DNA of 64,000 nucleotides, from contig CAXHJY010000461.1 of assembly GCA_964016885.1 (NCBI GenBank), forward strand, positions 1-64,000. Reading direction: 5' to 3'. The translations under genes were made by a program, and so were the position numbers. Each line of letters begins with the position of its first letter. Position 1 is the first letter of the stretch. The notes below the pieces were generated by a model. That model was not told the origin of the DNA, searched no databases, and worked only from the letters and a program-made list of their open reading frames with translations. Positions 56,879 to 64,000 of the stretch are shown piece after piece. This DNA comes from Eledone cirrhosa. Taxonomy: Eukaryota.

Positions 56879-58329
56879 ACCTGTAACCCTTCCAATCATT
56901 GTCACAAACAATGACATTAAAAGAGTTCTTTCTCATTCCTAGATGGACTTCATATATGCCAGAAGATAAAACCAGGTTTAGAAGCTCTGAAAAAGGAAGA
57001 ACCCAGACGAATTGCTGACAGCCGGCGTGGAAGGAGACTTCTTATCACAAAGTCCTTGGATGTCTTAATTTGGATGCCTTTACTGTTTCTACTGCAACTT
57101 TTTGCATCTGCTTGTATCGTGAGTGCAAGAAGGACTTATTTCTGAGCCAAGCTTTGTAAGTTCCCTGCTACCTGGCACCACACAAAGCCACATTCTAAAT
57201 TCAAATTCAACTGGAATTTTTGTGTATCTACATAATATCCTTATTTCTAAGAATTTGCTATTAACTACAGAAAATAACAGTAACAAAAGTCAAACACTAT
57301 AAATAATAGCTAAGAAAATCAGGTAAAATATCCCCAATAGACAGAAAAAAGGGGCCAGCAGCCACTACTGAAAAACAATCTTCATAACTCTTTGAATACT
57401 ATGCAAGTGCATTAACCGTTAGGCTAAAGGACAGCTGACCACCCGTTCCGTCTAAATTAAAGTGTTTTACTCAACAGCTTGTGGCTGATGTCAGAAGTAA
57501 ATCTTATAAATTATTGAAGCACTGGATCATTAGAAATTTGAAAATATGGGAAACCTAAATGCAAAAAATACCTGTAACAGACTTCTTTTTTGCCCAATTA
57601 TTCCTGAGAGGGATATGGGGGCGGAGTCTTCAAACACGCCTTCCAATGGATCCTGTCAAAAGCAACTGTCTCTAACTGATTTGGCTGGATCCCCAAGCAA
57701 GACTAGCCAAGCTCATTGATGTTATCCAGCCATCTTACTCGGGGTCTACTGCCAGTTGGTTTTGCCCGTAAAATAAGTCAAGCATTTCTTTCTTGAGATA
57801 TTCTAACAACATGCCCTGTAACAGTTAATAGCTATAAATAATAACTTGAGGAAATCATAAAATACTCCTGTAGATGGAAAATGTAGGCAGTATCTGTGTG
57901 TGTGTAAATGAGCCTATATCAACTAGTTTTGATACCCCTTCCACCTTGGCAGCACATGTGAATCCTATTCATGAAGATTATGAACAGAAGTGAAAATAAA
58001 AAGGACCTCTGATGGTGTCCAACACGCACATTGAAAGGTTCAATTCAACACCTTTTATCTAGACATAAATTTGTAGAGTTGTCCATTGCCAATGATATCA
58101 AGCAGAGACTCCTCTCCAGCACTCACTGTACACAGCACTCATTCACTTCCTTTTGCTCTAACATTTTTACAATATTCCCTGACTCTCCTTTCATTTTGCC
58201 AACATTGGTAGTGGCAACTCAGTTTTGGAAATCATAGGAAGGGGGATTGTTGTGGAGGGTAGCTGGATTAGTATTGGCTTTCCATTTTGGAAATGAAGAG
58301 TCTGCATGGTAGCCCAGCCATATTTGAAA

Positions 58330-59960
58330 AGATCCCCAAAAATATACCCAAAGGAAGGACCAACTATTGTAGTTGATAGGTTTAGGGTCAAAGACGCAAT
58401 CAAGGACATGAAAAATAGTAAAGCTGCAGGTCCATCAGAAATAGTTGTTGAGATGCTAAAAGCATCAGGAGAGGTAGGACTCAAAATAGTAACCTGCATA
58501 GTAAATCAAGTAATACATGACGGAGTCATACCCAATGACTGGTGCAGCAGTAAACACAGGCATAGGTGATGCTCTAGAAAAGAGCAACTATAGAGGAATG
58601 AAATTAATGGACTAAGTTATGAAAGTGACTGAAAGAGTTATAGCACAGCTAATTATGGAAAAAGTCAAAATAGATGAGATGTAGTTTGGTTTCATGCCTG
58701 GGAAAAGTACTGCAGATGTTCTCTTCTTAGTGAGGTAACTACAGGAGAAGTTCCTAGCAAAAAATAAACCACTATATTTAGCTTTTGTTGATCTAGAGAA
58801 GGCCTTTGACAGAGTACCTCAATCTATTATCTGGTGGTCCTTAAAAAAATTAGGTATAGAAGAATGGCTTGTGAGAGCAGTGCAAGGCATGTATAGAGGA
58901 GCTGTCAGTAAAATGAGAGTTGGAAATGAGTTTAGTGAGGAATTCAAGGTTCAGTTCTTAGCCCACTGCTGTTCATCATAGTTCATCAAGCCATAATAGA
59001 AGAGTTTAAAACGGGCTGACCATAGGAACTTCTCTATGCAATGATTTGGTCCTTAAAGCTGAAACAAATCAAAAGAGAACTAGAAAATAAATTCCAATTA
59101 TGGAAACTGAATTTGGAATCAAAAGGCCTGAAAATAAACTAAAGTTCTAGTGAGTGGGAGAGAAGACAGGGCCTAGATTCCCTCAAGGAAGTGGCCATGC
59201 TCAATATGCAGAAAAAGAGTGGGCATAAACTCCATACAATGTGCTCAATGTAAATCTTGAGTATACAAAAGATGTAGTCGGATATCAAGTAAACTAACAG
59301 GAAGGGAAAACATTGCTTGAAGAAGATGCACAGGAGAAATCGAGAGGAAGACTGCTCATGATATAAAGCTTTTCCAATCACAGGAAGGATCCATAGATGT
59401 GATTGATAGCTTCTGCTATATAGGTGACCTAATTTGCAGTAGAAGAGGGTGCACTGAGAGTATAATAGCTAGAATAAGGATACGATGGAAGAAGTTTAGA
59501 GAACTGCTCCCACTGCTGACAACAAAAGGTTTCTCCCTATACACAAAAGGAAGGCTGTGTGTAGTGCATAATGCTGCATGAAACATGGGCTGTGACTGTA
59601 GAGGACATGCGTAGACGAGAGAAATGAAACAACCATGTTCCATTGCATGTGCAATGTAAATGTAAGAGAAAGGCAGAACTTGGGCAAGCTGAGAGAGAAG
59701 CTGGGCTTAAAGGGAATCAGATAAGACTTGCATTGGTATGGACAATGACCGACGGGTGAAGAAATGCCAGGAAATCCTAGTGGAAGGAAGCCGCAGTAGA
59801 GGACAACCAAGAAAGATCTGTAAGAGTGGATCTTAAATCGCTAAGACTGGCAGAGGAGATGATGAAGGAACATGACAAGTGGAGAGATGCTGTGCTGAGA
59901 AGGACCCACCCAACCCATGCAAGCATGGAAAAGCATACGTAAAAACAATGATGATGATAA
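58330..59960 (+). pseudogene. Degraded RTE LINE related to the 9730 element
   Basis: [24 protein letters not shown], Cys-cluster remnant, (GAT)n tail. Confidence 0.88.
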
Positions 59961-60092
59961 TGATATATGAGGTCATATTGCATAAGTGATACCATTAAAA
60001 TGTGTATAACAGCAATGACATCATTAATATAATGGTGTAAGATACCACAAGAAAAAAAAAATACAAAGTTCTTGATGGAATCAATTCATTAT

Positions 60093-60140
60093 CTTGTAAC
60101 TCTGGAGTTTCGCCTGTTTATCACAGGGTCATCAGACAAG
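60093..60140 (-). ncRNA. Type-I hammerhead ribozyme, with a degenerate mirror copy at 60143-60190 (+)
   Basis: Minus strand: CTTGT-CTGATGA-cCCTGTgataaACAGGc-GAAA-CTCCAGAG-TT-ACAAG. Confidence 0.8.
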
Positions 60141-60248
60141 AATTTGTCTGATGACCCTGTGATAATGAGGCAAAATTGTAGATTAACAAGACTCACTATT
60201 TAGCCTTAATAAAATGAATATATATACACATTTACATATATACATATA

Positions 60249-61552
60249 CAGGGTGTAGACGATATTTGTTCGCAATTTTCAACTGATAATTTTATGCAAA
60301 TTTTTTTTACTTCCGTTGTCACTCTTGTCTTCATAAAAACAGTGACTATATTTCCATTATTTATTTTCAGAATAATTGATTATGAATAATTTTGAACCTC
60401 CAAATTTGTGGAAGAGACACAGAGTTCTTCCAGGAATCCGCGCTGGGAGGACAAATGAGGAAATTTCAGACTTTCTCAGCGTCAGCAGGAGAATGGTAGA
60501 AAAGGTCAGAAAGGAATTGGAAGATTCAGGATTCGACTACGAAGCAACATCAGAGAGGAAAACAAATGATCGACGATCTGACGCCTTCAGAACGCCCGAG
60601 TTCGTCGCTGAAGTTCAGGATATCATCAACAATGAACCTAGCAAGTCGATGCATACCATTGCAAGGGAGAAAGGCGTGGATGAAAAGCTCATTAAGCTGG
60701 TGGTACATGAAGACATTCGCTACGTTTCATACAAGATGAGGAAAGGACAATTTCTGTCAAAGGCGATGCAAGAAAAGCGACTGAAGCACGCAAAGAAGCT
60801 GATCAACAAGTTGAAACACCCACTGGAGCCAGACATACTATAGTTTTTCTCCAACGAGAAAAACTTCTGCCAAGACCAGAAGATCAACTCCCAGAACTCG
60901 TGGCTCGCTGTCTCATCCAAAGACGTGCCCAGAGTCATGAAGAAAAAGTTTCCAGCGACAACATTGGTCTTAGGTGTCGTCAACAGTCAAGGTGACGTCA
61001 TGCCACCTCACTTCTTCCCTGAGGGCCTCAAGCTGAACACCAATGGCTACATTCGCATTCTGAGCGAGGTAGTAAAGCCCTAGATCGACCAGGTAGCTGC
61101 AGGTAGGTCGTACGTGTGGCAGCAAGACTCAATGCCCTGCCATACCAGCCGAAAGACCCAAGCCTGACTGTCAGAGAATTTCGTTGACCACACTTCACCT
61201 GACATCTCGCCTCCCACCTCGCCTGACTGCAACCCCCTCGACTTCTTTGTGTGGGGCGCAGTGGAGCGAGACACCAACAGATCTAGCTGCAATACAAAAG
61301 ATGATCTGAAGACCAGGATCACAAGTGCCTTTAGGGTCCTAAGTTGGAGGACAGTGACGAAGGCCTGTAGCCGGTTCTGAGGCCGCCTTGAGGCCGTCAT
61401 CAAAGCCAATGGCGGGTTTATCGAGTGAGATCGAAAGAACAAGTCATGAAGACAAACTGACCCAAGTTTGATAAATATATCTTAAAAAATAAAACTACTG
61501 TGTTATTTTTTCCTAGACAGTAATCTTGCGAACAAATATCGTCCGCACCCTG
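60249..61552 (+). mobile_element. Tc1/mariner DNA transposon, DD37D (maT-type), TA target duplication
   Basis: TIRs CAGGGTGTAGACGATATTTGTTCGCAA / TTGCGAACAAATATCGTCCGCACCCTG. Confidence 0.93.
60382..61428 (+). pseudogene. DD37D transposase with in-frame stops
   Basis: FFSNEKNF, WQQD-x37-D (SPDCNPLDFFVW); stops at 60841, 61081, 61165 and 61378. Confidence 0.88.
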
Positions 61553-62374
61553 TATATATATATATATATATCTACTATATAAATGACAATTTCTGTCTGT
61601 GTGTAACCAGTTGGCATCTAAACCAGTGATCCAATCCTGATGAAACTTTGCACACGTTAAGCTAATATTCAGAAACAAGACTAGCTAATTGGATTTCAAT
61701 AAAAATCAATAATGGAACTCCTTGGGCCATTAAACCCTCCCTCCCACTACTCCCCTTCCTCCTCCAACAACTCATTCCTCGAAAACGAGGTGACAACTTA
61801 TTTGTTTTTTGTTCTTCATTCTGTAGAGAAAGAGAGAGGATGATAGTGAGAGAAAGAGAGAGAGAGGGGGCATTAGGGAAGAGAGAGAAAGAAAACAGAA
61901 AAATGATAGCATAGTTCGATAACTCACTTTTATTTATTTTTTAAACACTTCTTAACTAACTCCTTTCTTAACATTACTTCTCTTTCTCTCTCTCTCTTTC
62001 ACAAAGTCGTAATGAGACTGTGTGTGTATGTGAGCGTACGAACGCGTGTGTGTCACTGCGTTCTTAAATTAGAGACAAGAGTATGTGTGTGTTTATCACC
62101 GTACTTCAGTTAGAGACATATATATCCCAGTCTACTGTCTCATGTATGTATATATATATGATGCAAAAAGGGAAGGTTGTATGTGACACCTCGATCTACT
62201 AGAAATATTAGCAAAATCCATTTCAAATCACAGCAAACAGTCTTACACACACAAACACACACACATGCATGTGTGTGTCATGGAAGCCACTATAACTGTT
62301 GGTGTACCTAAAAGAAATAGAAAACAAATCTCCCTCCAACAAGACCCTACTGCCATAGAAGTAAAAGTTGGTGA

Positions 62375-62625
62375 AAGCTACAGTGTAAACATTTTAATTA
62401 ACCCAGGCTCTGCCGCACTTTGGGCCAAAGAGCGTAAACCCGCCAAATATCAGTTGCTTTCAGACAGGTTCGTTGTTGAGCCCATAGCAATGGAGATTTC
62501 TGGAGTCCTTGGCTCTAGGGCTACCTCCTAACTCACCACCATTGGCACAGAGTTGGCTACTCGCAGGGGTGAGCCTCGTAAGCTGGAATGGATTTTCCAG
62601 CGCGTCTCCCTCACCATCCTCTATT
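62375..62625 (+). pseudogene. CRE/NeSL-type non-LTR restriction-like-endonuclease C-terminal remnant
   Basis: GSAALWAKERKPAKY..RFVVEPIAMEISGVLG...GEPRKLEWIFQRVSL. Confidence 0.6.
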
Positions 62626-63103
62626 CCGACTGCTGGGCGGCCAGCGCGTGGGCCCCAATTTGCTCATAATAGTGAGTGACGGGGAGATCGGGAGAGATGG
62701 AGGCAGTGACAGTGGGAGGTTGGTTCCTGGTGTATATGTATATATTTACCACACTTACACACATTTAAATAAACTTTCCTGAATTACAGAAATGAGTTAG
62801 TAAAAAAAAAGGATAAAATCTAAATTTATTTTTTGGTCATGCCCTTTTCACTGACAACATCCCTAATGATTCTTCCAAGTGTCAAGCATTATATATGTTG
62901 ACTGTAATAGGGAGCAGTATAAAAAAAATCACCACTGGACAAAACTAATGTTTTTATCTACATGATTTGCTTTAAACAAACGGCAGTAAATATTCTGCTA
63001 TAATTCCTACTTTAGTTAAAATTCAGCAATCATATTTCAATGGTCAAATATTCTAACTTTAACAAAATACCTGGGAATCACCAGATAGCTCAGCTAGTAT
63101 ATA

Positions 63104-63302
63104 TACGAAAGTCGGCTGAAAAGATTATAGGCTGACTATGAAGGATTGATGCTAGAGCTGTGAAATCGTGCATACATTAATTTCAACTCTTATTAATAAC
63201 TGCATTATTTCTTTCCAGGAAATATGTTGAAAAATAAACCTCATTTGGGCATTCCATGAGAGTATCTTGGGCAGCCTATGAACTTTTCAGCCAACCCTTG
63301 TA
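63104..63302. mobile_element. mariner-type MITE
   Basis: TA-CGAAAGTCGGCTGAAAAGATTATAGGCTG / CAGCCTATGAACTTTTCAGCCAACCCTTG-TA. Confidence 0.75.
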
Positions 63303-63328
63303 TGTATGTATGTATATGTATATATATG

Positions 63329-64000
63329 TTATCATCATCGTTTCATGTCTATCTTCCATGCTAGCATGGGTTAGATGGGAGTTATCCCACTTGAGGCACG
63401 ATTGGTTGGGTGTCCATGTCTCGCTCGTATAGGACTATCTGGCAGATTTTCTACGGCTGGATGCCCTTCCTGACACCAACCACATTTACAGTGTGGACTG
63501 GGAGGTTTTTACCATATTACCTACACAACCACATTACAGCGTGGACTGTGTGTTTTTTTGTTGTGACACCTACATGACCTCATTAGTTTGGACTGGATGT
63601 TGTGGTACCAACATAACTTTACAGAGAAAGGGTGGTGTTGGCTGGAGTGGGAGGATGGAGTAGGAGTAGTAGGTTGGGGTGTATGTTTGGTTTGGAGGGG
63701 TCTACTGACTGTAGGTTAACTTTGCACGTAGGGAAGGTGGGTCTTCTGTATTACTGCGTAGCGCCAAAGGTCTTGGTCCAGTGACATTGTCTGAGAGAGG
63801 TGCAAGTGTGCAAGGTTGGAATTTATCATGTCATCCAAGGTTTTTCTGGGTCTACCTACTCCGTAACTTCCATCAATTTTGATCGCCCTGCACTTTTTAT
63901 ACAGCTGTCGTCTTTCATGTGCATCATGTGACTATACCAACGTAGTCTTCTCTCAAGTAAACAGCATCTGATTCCCCTTATTCCTAATTAATCTTCCTTA
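63329..64000 (-). mobile_element. RTE LINE 3' end, same family as 9730-12713, running off the window
   Basis: Reverse complement matches ~12050-12713 (RRLRWYSH, GRPRK). Confidence 0.88.

Noticed and set aside
61571-61660. Helitron-like 5' end TCTACTATATAAA
   Set aside because: No matching 3' hairpin plus CTRR could be located

Overview
Repeat-saturated eukaryotic DNA. The huge (TA)/(TACA)n arrays and the SINE/LINE repertoire suggest a coleoid cephalopod such as Octopus (inference). No intact host gene is evident beyond one candidate small first exon at 27595-27678 (minus strand). Identifiable elements: a near-intact 5'-truncated CR1-group LINE; several RTE-clade LINEs, two with a PHD-like finger inserted after the RT core; a Penelope-like element (RT plus GIY-YIG) between ~435-bp inverted repeats; an ~18-kb head-to-tail array of Tx1-like LINEs with a nested Gypsy remnant; a DD37D Tc1/mariner; Merlin and CRE/NeSL remnants; a non-autonomous Helitron; MITEs; and two SINE families. 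The most striking unannotated signal is a dispersed set of mutually unrelated fold-back (palindromic) elements, several carrying minimal type-I hammerhead ribozymes, often in opposing pairs. There is also a ~600-bp RTE-derived non-coding element with an HDV-like ribozyme remnant, and a SINE that shares its 3' tail with the Tx1 LINEs. Coordinates were read by eye and may be off by a few bases.
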